DNA of 62,989 nt, filler included, from Aduncisulcus paluster (lineage: Eukaryota): assembly GCA_024181965.1 (NCBI GenBank). It is 5 parts of 5 records of this genome, joined end to end, with 100 filler letters (N's around TTAATTAATTAA, not from the genome) between each part and the next. Parts side by side here need not be neighbours in the genome. Positions count along the whole stretch, not along the records: positions 36,272 to 57,379 come from BQXS01012557.1; 4 more parts are not named here. One strand, written 5' to 3'. Positions 45,523 through 56,041 of the stretch are shown piece by piece (within the stretch, counting starts at the first letter, position 1; each line of letters begins with the position of its first letter). Below the pieces are notes generated by a model, which made no database searches, was not told the origin of the DNA, and saw nothing but the letters and a program-made list of their open reading frames with translations. A program made the translations under genes and the position numbers.

Positions 45523-48500
45523 ATGCCAAAAAATATTAATGATTTTCTTTTTCATGGGCAAACATTAAGATTATTCTCATTATTATGTGAATTACCAATC
45601 CCTCTATCCAATTCGATTTCAACCCTCCCTTTACCACTTTCCTGTTTATTCCTTCGAATTTTATCGAATGAAAGGAGTTCTAATAAGATATTTACTATTG
45701 TTAGTGATAGTAACAAGATGGAATTACAACCTATCTATCTAATATCAAATCGATCTGCTTTATACAGTCAGATAACAGATAATACGACATTACAGGACTT
45801 AATGAAAACATTACCTCGTTCTACATCAATTGGAAGACCGTTGCTCCACCAATTACGTCCGTTTGTTCATTCTTTGTTCAAGGCAGCTTCAATAGGAAAA
45901 ACCATTCCTGATATCCCTATTCCAAGACTTTCCCTTCTTCCAATATGTACTGTTGAAGCATTACCTCCACCAAGTGCTTTATTTGCTGAATATTCCTCCT
46001 ATCTCACTGATATCCATAAGAAAGAAGAAGAACAAGGAGGACACAAGGAAGATTCAACAAGTGTTTTTGGGAAAGCTATGTCTTTCTTTGGAGCCCTCAC
46101 AAAACCCATAGCAAGGGCGGTTTTTGGTAAAGATAACGCTTACCTTTGTGTTAGTGGTGAAATTCGTGACTATACTTCCAAAGTTCAAACGGTTTTGAAA
46201 GAAAAAACACGAAGCAAGGAACCTATATCTAAAGAGTCTGATATTTTGGATAAACATCCAAAGCCAACGGGAATAATCACAGTGACAACTCCTTCAATCC
46301 CTATGGGTCGGGGATCTATTCCTTTTTCCTCATCATTCATTCAAATTCTCCGTCTCCCAGCAAATACACCAGATTGTGTTGATGTTTATGGATCTTATAT
46401 AATGAAGGGAATCTCCCAACGTGAGGAAGAGCGAGTGAGTGCTCTCAAGAGGGAGCAAGCAAAACGTCGAAGAGCTGATGAAGTTAGTCGATATGAAAAA
46501 AAGATGAAAGAAGAGAAGAAGAAATCATCATGGTGGAATCGTAAGGCATCGAAGAGTATGAAGACAACTGATTCTACTCTCGACAATCCTTTGCCTCCTG
46601 TGTGCATAAGTCCTCTACCGCCACCTCCAAGACCTCCAGCGCCTCTTTTTACAACCGAAGGAGCATGGGAATTCCTTGATACTTTCAAGAAGACACACAA
46701 AGTAGAGAAATCTGATGCTGCCACAAAATTCGTTTCGACGGAGAAAGAAGTTGCATTCCAAGAAGGAATGCCTTTGACCCAGTTGTCATCATTTGAACAA
46801 ATTCGTTTTAAGTATTTTAGTAATGAATTCATGACGCATCAAATTAGAGATAAGCTTTTACAAACATTTCTTTTCCACCATTCCCGAAATTCTATTCCCT
46901 ATTTGTGTAAGTTCCCACTGATAGGAACTAGAGGAGATATTGCTGGTCCTATGCATTTCTGTGTTTCTTATCCGATTCTTCAAAGGGGAGAAACTGAGAA
47001 AAAGTATGATCTGAAATCACATGAACGCAAGGAGGAATTAGTATCACATTCTTCTCAGCTCTTTGAAATGCTTCTTGGGAGTGCCATTCATAAATCCAAG
47101 AAGATGGGTTCTGATTCTACAACCAAGTCTAGTGAAACGACATCATTTCCGCCCATTTCTTCTATTTCTGATCATCCTTCCCTCTTTTTCTCGCTCTCTC
47201 TCTCCTCTTCTCACTACAAACGTGAAATGGATGGCCGAGCCACCGAATGTGTCCACCGTCTTATTAAATTTGCATGTTCAACCATCACTACTTATGAGAA
47301 AAAGGAGCAAGAGCTTAGGTCTGAGAGGGAAAGAAGGAGAGAGGAAGAGGCAGATGCTTTAATGCTCTCTCATAGATCGGATAATGAAGTTCCCGGAACA
47401 ACGTCTCCATCTGTCCAAAGCTCGAGTAGTATATCGATTGTCACGAGTCCTGAGGAAACACATGATGAAATTGACACTAAGCAATCGAAACTTTCTGAAA
47501 TAGATCAACATTGGTCTCCTGAAGTCTTTCCAGACACTTCTACGACAGGATCATCAAGAACCCGATCTTTCTCTTCAAGGGATTCTGGTGTTGACAACGA
47601 AGATACAACGCTTCATGATCCAATTCCACTCTCTCCGACTTATTCTTCGCCTGTTCTCTCTGCCAATATAAGAGATTTGATTGCACAAGTATTCTCTATT
47701 GGAGCTCAAGCTCATCATCCTATTATTTCTTCCTCTGATTCTCTATCTCCTTCCTCTTCTTCTTCCTCTTCTTCCTCTTCCTCTAGCTCTCAAATTAAAG
47801 GGGAATCTTGCCTCATTCCTTGTGATTCCCTTTTTCCATGGATAGCTGGAATGCTTGCTCGGGTGACACAGAGAGAGACTGCTCGATTTGTATGGAGAGA
47901 AGTTGTCGAAGAGATTAAGAGACACTTCATTAGCGATGAGCTTGCACGCGATCTTCCACGGAGTAATGTTATTTTTTCAACTAAAGCTGGGGTGAAGATG
48001 TGTCAACGTGAAGATGAAAGGAGAGGGAGTGAAACCAATATTTTGATAGATAAAAATGTTCCGGTCTCATTTACTTCCCTATTCTTCCATCACATTGATT
48101 TGGTGTCGAATGTATGTCATGAGTTGTCTAAAAATAGAAAGAAGAAAGCTGTTCCAATGGATTTCAAGGAATTTGAGGAAAAATTAAAGAAGTCTAAAGA
48201 GCGTTCGAAGGATGATTTTCTTGATGAAATCCTTGATATGACTCAGAAACCGAAAGAACCATCACCTTTGAAACCACCAGCCTTGAGGAAATCCATTGAT
48301 GATCTTGATATTCTTCTTGATTTCACCGAAGAAAAGAAGGATGAATCAACTCTTGTTGTCTCCAAAAAGAAAGAAAAGGATCCTTCTTCTGATGATTTTG
48401 ATCTGTGGGGTCTTGATGACTCCGAGGATAGTGATGTATTGTTAATTGATTCTGGGAAAAGAAAAGAGAAGAAAGAGAACATTTCGGAGGAGAAAAATGA

Positions 48501-50001
48501 TGTATTCGATTCTATCGCTTCAATTTCATCAGATATCCATTTGGAAAAATCATCAAGTGAACCAAAGGCTGAAGGTGTATTATTGGTGCTTCCAACAGTC
48601 AAATTGGTTGACTTTCCAGAAATTCCGATGGCCATTCCATTCAAACAAGTGGTTGATGCTGGTATTCATGGAACAGATCCCATATTTGCTCGTGATCTTG
48701 GCCTTAAAATGTTGAAGAGTGAAGTTTCTGCTTTCAAAGCCGCCAATCCAAAAGCCAACTTTCAGGATTTTGTGAGATTTATGTCTCCGTCTGACTGGAT
48801 TCCTTGTGATTCTGGTGCTCGGGATATCCTTGGTAAGCAGATATCGAAGGCTATGGGTGGTCAGGAACAATTCGGGTTGGATTCTGATGGCATTGAGGTT
48901 GCCGCCAAGCATGGCTTCTCACTGGCAGCCATAGCAAGAATCTCCATTGTTGAGAACATGCAACTTAGTGGTCGAATGACACAGCAAGGGGAGGATTGGA
49001 AGGTTGTTTGGGATACCGAAAAACCCATTCCAATTTCTCAGCAAGACCCTCTATTTCCACCGAAAGCTGCAGCATTGCGATCAATTGAGTGGTTTAAGAA
49101 TTTACCAGATCGATTTGTATTTGCTTACCTTGCAATGCTATTGACAGATGCTTCAATAACAAGAATGAAAGCTGAGGTTTTAGTTTGGGAGAGTATTATG
49201 GAGTCTTCGCAGGAATCTCCTGATTCTTTTGATTCTTCCAAACATGCTGAGGAATCTCGTGAGATAAAATGCCATCCAACTTTTGGAAATGTTCTAAAAT
49301 TGTTTAGAATGGTCCAAAAACAGACAAGATCTGTTTCAAAAGTCATTGAGGGTCGAATGAATTTCCATGTTGATCCCAGACAACTTGTATTTTTAGATGA
49401 TGGTCTGAAAAAATCCCTCTCAAGAGTTGTTTCTCTATTACACAAATGTGAGCGTGTCTTTTCAGTTGGTCGAGCTGTTATTGCAAGAACGTATGATTCG
49501 ATGAAAATGGCTCTTTCTCTTGGAAATGTGAAGGATGTAAAGGCAAGTGATGTCATTCTCTCTGCTGCCATCGTGTGTGAAAGTGTGATGATGAAATGGG
49601 AAAAGGAAGCATTTGATTTGTCTAAAAAGATCCAAAATACAAAGAAAGACGATACAAAGTCTAATGAAAATGCTTTTGACAAGAAGGGTAGCAAACCGTC
49701 TATTTCCCTGAACAAAACTATTACTCCCAAACCAACAAGATCTCTCTCACCTCTTCTCATTGAAGTTGCTCAAAATGAGGATTCAATCAGGGCATTGCTT
49801 TTTACGATGTCTTTCAGAGAGAAAGAGAAAGAATTTTGTTTCCCCCCACTCTATGAGAAGAAAGACATTTCAGTTTCTTGTGGAAATGATGCCGTCAGAG
49901 TTAATATTGAGGAGGAGAATTGTGAAATGCGTCATCCTGAGATCCATCCAAATGCTTGGCCAAAGATGTTATTGTGCTCATCAATCGTCAAAGAAGAATG
50001 A
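45523..50001 (+). CDS. RAB3GAP1: Rab3 GTPase-activating protein catalytic subunit
   Basis: LKSEVSAFKAANPKANFQDFVRFMSPSDW and LSGRM..W..VW...PIPISQQDPLF signatures. Confidence 0.88.
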   Translation: MPKNINDFLFHGQTLRLFSLLCELPIPLSNSISTLPLPLSCLFLRILSNERSSNKIFTIVSDSNKMELQPIYLISNRSALYSQITDNTTLQDLMKTLPRSTSIGRPLLHQLRPFVHSLFKAASIGKTIPDIPIPRLSLLPICTVEALPPPSALFAEYSSYLTDIHKKEEEQGGHKEDSTSVFGKAMSFFGALTKPIARAVFGKDNAYLCVSGEIRDYTSKVQTVLKEKTRSKEPISKESDILDKHPKPTGIITVTTPSIPMGRGSIPFSSSFIQILRLPANTPDCVDVYGSYIMKGISQREEERVSALKREQAKRRRADEVSRYEKKMKEEKKKSSWWNRKASKSMKTTDSTLDNPLPPVCISPLPPPPRPPAPLFTTEGAWEFLDTFKKTHKVEKSDAATKFVSTEKEVAFQEGMPLTQLSSFEQIRFKYFSNEFMTHQIRDKLLQTFLFHHSRNSIPYLCKFPLIGTRGDIAGPMHFCVSYPILQRGETEKKYDLKSHERKEELVSHSSQLFEMLLGSAIHKSKKMGSDSTTKSSETTSFPPISSISDHPSLFFSLSLSSSHYKREMDGRATECVHRLIKFACSTITTYEKKEQELRSERERRREEEADALMLSHRSDNEVPGTTSPSVQSSSSISIVTSPEETHDEIDTKQSKLSEIDQHWSPEVFPDTSTTGSSRTRSFSSRDSGVDNEDTTLHDPIPLSPTYSSPVLSANIRDLIAQVFSIGAQAHHPIISSSDSLSPSSSSSSSSSSSSSQIKGESCLIPCDSLFPWIAGMLARVTQRETARFVWREVVEEIKRHFISDELARDLPRSNVIFSTKAGVKMCQREDERRGSETNILIDKNVPVSFTSLFFHHIDLVSNVCHELSKNRKKKAVPMDFKEFEEKLKKSKERSKDDFLDEILDMTQKPKEPSPLKPPALRKSIDDLDILLDFTEEKKDESTLVVSKKKEKDPSSDDFDLWGLDDSEDSDVLLIDSGKRKEKKENISEEKNDVFDSIASISSDIHLEKSSSEPKAEGVLLVLPTVKLVDFPEIPMAIPFKQVVDAGIHGTDPIFARDLGLKMLKSEVSAFKAANPKANFQDFVRFMSPSDWIPCDSGARDILGKQISKAMGGQEQFGLDSDGIEVAAKHGFSLAAIARISIVENMQLSGRMTQQGEDWKVVWDTEKPIPISQQDPLFPPKAAALRSIEWFKNLPDRFVFAYLAMLLTDASITRMKAEVLVWESIMESSQESPDSFDSSKHAEESREIKCHPTFGNVLKLFRMVQKQTRSVSKVIEGRMNFHVDPRQLVFLDDGLKKSLSRVVSLLHKCERVFSVGRAVIARTYDSMKMALSLGNVKDVKASDVILSAAIVCESVMMKWEKEAFDLSKKIQNTKKDDTKSNENAFDKKGSKPSISLNKTITPKPTRSLSPLLIEVAQNEDSIRALLFTMSFREKEKEFCFPPLYEKKDISVSCGNDAVRVNIEEENCEMRHPEIHPNAWPKMLLCSSIVKEE

Positions 50002-50080
50002 GAAGAAAATAATTGATTTTAAGCTTTATCACTGAATTTCTTTGGGAAAAAGACAAAAGAAATTGGGATCAATTATGTGT

Positions 50081-50107
50081 TCTAAAAATAGAAAATCTAA
50101 AAATAGA
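50081..50107. promoter_or_regulatory. Paired TCTAAAAATAGA boxes at 15-bp period (copy 2)
   Basis: TCTAAAAATAGA-AAA-TCTAAAAATAGA. Confidence 0.5.
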
Positions 50108-50339
50108 AATTTCGAATGAAATTTTGATTGTTTCGACAGATATAACTTGAAATAGGGTTTATATTATATTATATTTTTTATCCAAATCAGTCGATTGCTT
50201 TCTGATTGTTCGTTGAGCCTCCCCGCAAGACTTGTCCCAGCGTGAGTCCCCATTTCCTTTGTTTGATTTTTCAAAGCTCTTTTTTTTTTCATATTTTAAT
50301 TGATTTTTTTTTTGAAAATTGAATTATAATTTGGACAGA

Positions 50340-50758
50340 ATGTGCGATAATCCACTTCAACTCGTTGTGATAATTCGAAAAGATCTCGATTGGCCGAGTG
50401 GCCCTATCATATCCCAAGCTGTTCATGGTATGTATTTATCATCTCTCTTAATCGAATATCTTCCTTTCATTTAATATCAATCATTTCCAAAGCTTCCGTT
50501 AAAATCCTTGAAGAAACAAAAGATAGACCTGAAACAAAAGAATATTTATTAAAAGATAATCTTCCTCTCATGCACACCGTTATTTTAGGTGTGAAATCAC
50601 TCACGAAATTGAAAAATGTTAAAAAGAAGTTGGATGATGGTGGAATTCCCTCTTGCATTTGGATCGAAACTCCTGAAATGGTAGAAACTGCCTTGGGGGT
50701 TGCTCCTTCGAGGAAAAGCGATTTGGCTCCCTTTTTGAAAAAGTTGCGATTATTCTGA
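50340..50758 (+). CDS. PTRHD1: PTH2-family putative peptidyl-tRNA hydrolase PTRHD1 (intron 50428-50492)
   Basis: Spliced MCDNPLQLVVIIRKDLDWPSGPIISQAVH/ASVKIL, MHTVIL, WIETPE..T and C-terminal LKKLRLF. Confidence 0.88.
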
Positions 50759-50949
50759 TTCTATACTATAGATGCTGCTTGTGATATTGTGTTATTGCTC
50801 TTAATCCACAAATAACCATCAATGATGACGATAATAATCTAAATTTGAGACTTATGGACAACAATTGTGTCAATCATGCTGCTAACATCATTTCCCTGAG
50901 TATAATTTACACAAATTTTCAATTTTTTATGTGATTGAGAAATGTGAAT

Positions 50950-50976
50950 TCTAAAAATAGATATTCTAAAAATAGA
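50950..50976. promoter_or_regulatory. Paired TCTAAAAATAGA boxes at 15-bp period (copy 3)
   Basis: TCTAAAAATAGA-TAT-TCTAAAAATAGA. Confidence 0.5.
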
Positions 50977-51783
50977 ATTATGCAATTTGAAAGTGTTGTT
51001 TACTCGATGGATTGTTGTTTTGCTTATCAGGTTTTCATTAATTAGTAAATCTCAACATTATATTGTTCAGACGTTGGAAAATATTTATCTGCATTAATGA
51101 ATTTTAAAGGCGGCTTGCAAATTTATTAGAAGTGAAAAACATATCTGTTGTGATTTCGCCAACTCAACCAATGTTGCTGGGAGCAAATTTATTAAAGGGT
51201 GACTGTTCAAGGGGTCAGGTTCCCTGCATTCCAATTTCCCTGACATTGTAGGAGACAGTTGCATGCCAGTAGCATCAAAACAAACCTCGATGTAGTACAG
51301 TATTTAAAAGAATATTTTTATTGAATTTCAAACCGAGAAACAGAGAATTTAAACCAACTGAGAAAATTAATGCAATAAGCAATTGCCAATAACTGTGAAT
51401 TTCACATATCACACCTTGACAAATGAATAAATTCAACCAAATATTGAGTTTCAGAATATCCGTATGATACTATTCTCGTATCCTGTATAGAATTCGATCA
51501 AAAAGTACAGCACACAAGAAGAGATCTGAGAAATTACAATTGAATCGGTAAGCGAAAACAAAAGAATAGTGGTTCTTTCATAACTGGCCTTCCTTCAGCG
51601 CTTGAAAGGTTAAATAGGACAAAAAAGAGTTGGAAAAAAAGGCAATATAAATAAAAAAGATTGACGTAAAATAATATTATGCAATATAGCTGAGAATTAC
51701 TGGTTAACTTTAAATCATCGAGAAAAATAAATAATTAGTTAAATGATAGGAAATGAACAAGCGTAGCAGAAGATCTCTCAATT

Positions 51784-53931
51784 TTACACCCAATATACTC
51801 GTTCTTCCATAAAATGCGGAGCAGCAACGCCATTAATTATAGCCCAACACCAATGAAATATTGCACCAACATTTGTTGGGATTAAAATACCACGAGAATT
51901 AAGCGCCACAGCAATAATGATATATATCGGCAGAGTAAAAAGACCATAACCAAAAATATAATCGTAAGCAGTCTTCATATTGTAGGTATTTCCACTGAAA
52001 ATGAGGACAGTTCCATCAACACTTGTCGCCATGTAGGCCATTAACATTGCATTCTGCCCGATACTTTTAAAAATATCCCAAATTCCTGAGTTATTTCCAT
52101 CCATTTTCAAGCATAATCGATACCCAACAGCGACAAACATCATAGAAAGACCACAAGCAATCAAACAAAAAGAGAAGGTAGCAAATTTAAAGATTATTTC
52201 AAAACCTGGCAAGAATGAGATTATGATACCAAAAATGACACAAGCCAGTCCAAAAATGGCAACAAAACCATCGATGGTAGAACACATATTAAACTTAGAA
52301 AAGATCCTAAAACAAGAGATGGAAGGGAAAGAAAGAATATTATCAAGCTCTCCATTATCATCAACAGAACGATCAGTAATTTGAGAATGTAAAAAATCAC
52401 CCGTGTTTTGCAACAAGTTCACTCTCAACGATTGATTGGAGTCTTCAAGTTTCACATCTCTCCCTCCCGAAATCTTCTTATCAACATACCCAGTCGGTCC
52501 TTCACGGGAGTTCTGACACATTTCTCCACCAACAACATTATGAATAACCCCATGACTCAGAACAGATTGGAAAGTTTTTTGAAGCTTTGGAGTCTGATTT
52601 TTCGCATCATAGGAATTGACTTGAGCCAACACATCTTGATTTGTATCCAAGGTTCGAATGGAATTTCCCATCATCTCAAGTTCACCAAGAATTTTCTTCC
52701 GATCAATCCTCTTCCTCTCACCGATTGACCAAATACTTTCCTTTGGCTGAAGAAATGAAGTAAACTTGATAGATACTTCACCATTAACCCGTTCCCTCCC
52801 TAAAATAAGCTCAACAATGCCGCCTCCGACAATACATACCCCGGAATACATAAACATACTCTGGAACAGACCCCCCCAGGAAGGAAGAAAATCCAAACCA
52901 CATAACACTCCAGTATTGGCAATCATAAGTAAATGATAGGTCAACATACACAAAAGCCCGAACAAAACAAGAAGAAGAGGCGGAAAGGCAGATAAACACC
53001 CAAAAACAAGAATAGAAACAATGTTAGCAACTGCAGCTGTACTTCCGACACCCCAGAAGGGCATAGCAATGTTAGTGGTTTCAACTCCATTTGAATAATA
53101 AGCTCTCGCATCAAGAAAGTGAGAAATATTATAATAAGCGAAACTTTCACCAATCCAGTCAAGGGAGAGAAGCAATATAACCCGAATAAGATAATTGAGA
53201 ATGGTAATGATTGGAAAAGATCGAACCGAAAGCTCTCGAAGGAGTCTTTTTGTGAAAGAAATCTTAATGCTCATTCCACTAAGAAATATTAGCATAACAA
53301 ATCCAATTTCATAAAACGTCCATCCACCTGCCCATGAGGTTGTCCAGAATGATTTTCCTGTCGATTCAGGGGAGGTATGATCAAGAGAGGCTCCTGATTG
53401 TCCGAAAAGAAGATAGAAAAAGGTATTGCTATTTGCGAAACGCCCATGATTAGAGAAGAGTTCCATCAAAGAAGACGGGGGAAAAACATATCCGAGGAGT
53501 AAAATAAAGATCAAAAAACCACGAACAACATCAATCCATAAAACTCTAAAATTTGAAGAAATCTTAAAATGGTCAATAACGGCTGAGTGCATGAGACTAG
53601 GATAACGGTTGTTTCGAGAAGAAATAGAATTTGTAAGTACTGAAGCATTATTTCTCTTAGAATCTGCAGGTACATCATTATTTTCCACCTCTTTCGTCTT
53701 CCCATTTCCTTCCACAGAAAAAGAGTTACCACAAATAGGGAGATATCTTAATGAACCAGTAGAATCTCTTAATTTCCCTTTAAGTTCTTTCTGATAACTT
53801 TTTATATCATCTCCTTCAAATTGAGACCCATATTCATATTCATATTCGTATTCATAGATATGATTGGATTTCTTTGATTCTTTAGTTGGCACCATTCTTG
53901 ATTTAGGGCTTTCTTCCAAATTAGCAGACAT
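51784..53931 (-). CDS. HGSNAT-like polytopic membrane acyltransferase
   Basis: RVLWIDVVRG, GWTFYEIGFVMLIFLSGMSI and IGQNAMLMAY, with about 11 TM segments. Confidence 0.7.
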   Translation of the reverse strand: MSANLEESPKSRMVPTKESKKSNHIYEYEYEYEYGSQFEGDDIKSYQKELKGKLRDSTGSLRYLPICGNSFSVEGNGKTKEVENNDVPADSKRNNASVLTNSISSRNNRYPSLMHSAVIDHFKISSNFRVLWIDVVRGFLIFILLLGYVFPPSSLMELFSNHGRFANSNTFFYLLFGQSGASLDHTSPESTGKSFWTTSWAGGWTFYEIGFVMLIFLSGMSIKISFTKRLLRELSVRSFPIITILNYLIRVILLLSLDWIGESFAYYNISHFLDARAYYSNGVETTNIAMPFWGVGSTAAVANIVSILVFGCLSAFPPLLLVLFGLLCMLTYHLLMIANTGVLCGLDFLPSWGGLFQSMFMYSGVCIVGGGIVELILGRERVNGEVSIKFTSFLQPKESIWSIGERKRIDRKKILGELEMMGNSIRTLDTNQDVLAQVNSYDAKNQTPKLQKTFQSVLSHGVIHNVVGGEMCQNSREGPTGYVDKKISGGRDVKLEDSNQSLRVNLLQNTGDFLHSQITDRSVDDNGELDNILSFPSISCFRIFSKFNMCSTIDGFVAIFGLACVIFGIIISFLPGFEIIFKFATFSFCLIACGLSMMFVAVGYRLCLKMDGNNSGIWDIFKSIGQNAMLMAYMATSVDGTVLIFSGNTYNMKTAYDYIFGYGLFTLPIYIIIAVALNSRGILIPTNVGAIFHWCWAIINGVAAPHFMEERVYWV

Positions 53932-54224
53932 AATTTCCTTCACCAATCCACCAAACACGGCAAAATTGAAAGACAAAATTTGAATTTTTTGTTCAATAAG
54001 AATACACCATTTTCACAATTAAAACCAATAATAGAATCCAATATTTTGAATAATTCCCAACTTTTTTTACAACTATTTGTGGTCTAACAACCTAATAAAT
54101 ATCTAATGGTGAGCCAATTTATTGATTCAAATATCATCATTGTATATTCCGGCATACATATCTTATGCCACACTATTATTCATCGATTATCAAATAATCA
54201 CCAGAAGTTCTGGAAATATAAAAT

Positions 54225-54297
54225 TGGCCCCAGCGTGGCTTGAACACGCGACCTCAGCATCTTCAGTGCTGCGCTCTCCCAGCTGAGCTATGTGGCC
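54225..54297 (-). tRNA. tRNA-Phe(GAA)
   Basis: D stem GCTC/GAGC, anticodon arm CAGCA-CTGAAGA-TGCTG, T arm GCGTG-TTCAAGC-CACGC. Acceptor stem has one A:G mismatch. Confidence 0.93.
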
Positions 54298-54406
54298 ATG
54301 TCTAAAATTTTGAAATAGTATATTAAACAAAAAAAATCGGAAACTTCAACTGAGTGAACACTCACTCTCCAAGAAATTTTAAATCCCATTATCCTTTTCT
54401 CCTGCA

Positions 54407-55768
54407 TTATTTCTTATTTATTCTATGCAATAACCCAGCTGTCCCAATTGCAAAAGCATTTTCACTCCATTTCGCAAAATCAGAAATTTGAAGATCATGT
54501 TTCATAAGAACTTCTGTGATACCTGATAAAACCTTTCCTCCAACATGTTTCATGGAATTACCTGGCTGCGAAGTTTTAATAATATTTGTGTATAAATCCA
54601 GAACATCAGTCCACAAAGACATCAAACGTGATCTAACATCTATTCCATATTCAGTCGAATCAGGTCCAATGAACATTGGTTCAAAATGAGTTGGGCATAG
54701 CCAATCAACATCATCTCGTAGAAGAAGCAACTCAACAGATTTACGCCAATCTTCAGCACTAAATTGGGTCGGACTTGATATGGGAATTCCAGGACAAAAC
54801 TTATGAGTAAAATGGCACAAAGATTCATATTTTAAAGATGAAATATCCGATTTTTTCATCCATTGTTTAAGAGAAGATGATTTATAACGTTTCTTTGATA
54901 ACTCATCAAAAACATCAAGATCACGCCAAAATAAGCTCTTTGAATTAGTTCCACATACATCTCCAACAAATGCTGCTTTATCAATGATAAAACTTGAGTG
55001 GTGGAAAGCATGCCCAGGAGTATCCAAAACAACCATTCCATCATCTCCTAGGATCTGTACACTTTGTCTGGGGACAATAATTTGAGAATGTTTGATGGGA
55101 ATAACTTCCCCATATAGGGAATGCATATTTTCTTTCCCGTAAACAGCAGCAGCAGAATGAACAAGGCGTGAAGGATCAATTAAATGAGGAGCACAGCTAG
55201 GGTGGCAGATCACCTTAGCTCGAGGGAATTCTTGGGCAAGACGACCAGCACCACCACTGTGATCAAGATGAGCATGTGTGACACAAANNNNNNNNNNNNN
55301 NNNNNNNATTCCATCATCTCCTAGGATCTGTACACTTTGTCTGGGGACAATAATTTGAGAATGTTTGATGGGAATAACTTCCCCATATAGGGAATGCATA
55401 TTTTCTTTCCCGTAAACAGCAGCAGCAGAATGAACAAGGCGTGAAGGATCAATTAAATGAGGAGCACAGCTAGGGTGGCAGATCACCTTAGCTCGAGGGA
55501 ATTCTTGGGCAAGACGACCAGCACCACCACTGTGATCAAGATGAGCATGTGTGACACAAATAGCTTTAACATTATCAGATGGAACATCGAGAAATTTTAA
55601 AGAATCGAGTATATTCTTCGTAAAGGGAGTAGAAGCAGTATCAAAAATATAAACCTCATGATTATCAGTTAGAAATATGTTTGCTGAGGTTACATTTTGG
55701 CGAAATAGACCACAATCAACGCGAAATAGATTTTTTTTAATGGGAGTTAAAAAAGTAGGAAATGACAT
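54407..55768 (-). CDS. Metallo-beta-lactamase-fold hydrolase (gap duplication at 55288)
   Basis: THAHLDHSGG, HLIDPSRLV.SA..VYG, DTPGHAFHH, FVGDV and PTHF. Confidence 0.9.
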   Translation of the reverse strand: MSFPTFLTPIKKNLFRVDCGLFRQNVTSANIFLTDNHEVYIFDTASTPFTKNILDSLKFLDVPSDNVKAICVTHAHLDHSGGAGRLAQEFPRAKVICHPSCAPHLIDPSRLVHSAAAVYGKENMHSLYGEVIPIKHSQIIVPRQSVQILGDDGXXXXXXXXCVTHAHLDHSGGAGRLAQEFPRAKVICHPSCAPHLIDPSRLVHSAAAVYGKENMHSLYGEVIPIKHSQIIVPRQSVQILGDDGMVVLDTPGHAFHHSSFIIDKAAFVGDVCGTNSKSLFWRDLDVFDELSKKRYKSSSLKQWMKKSDISSLKYESLCHFTHKFCPGIPISSPTQFSAEDWRKSVELLLLRDDVDWLCPTHFEPMFIGPDSTEYGIDVRSRLMSLWTDVLDLYTNIIKTSQPGNSMKHVGGKVLSGITEVLMKHDLQISDFAKWSENAFAIGTAGLLHRINKK

Positions 55769-56041
55769 GAAAAAAATGAATAAATCGTATATATGAATAA
55801 ATTATAAGGAAAAGATCTTCTTAAGAAAAAGTAAAACACAAATAATACCCCAAAAGCGTCAATATCATAATAGTATTCAAAGTGATCACTATATATAACA
55901 TTAATTTCATAATATATCTGTATAATCTTGTCATATTCGAGTCACATTTTTATTTTAATGCAATATTCATCTCCAAGACCTATTACTAGTTTGTGGTCTT
56001 GTTGTTGGCAATATCAGCATTAGCCAAACCTTTAAACACAC

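Noticed and set aside
50822..50899. Box C/D snoRNA (ATGATGA..CTGA)
   Set aside because: No terminal stem or recognisable guide, and these motifs are expected by chance in AT-rich DNA.
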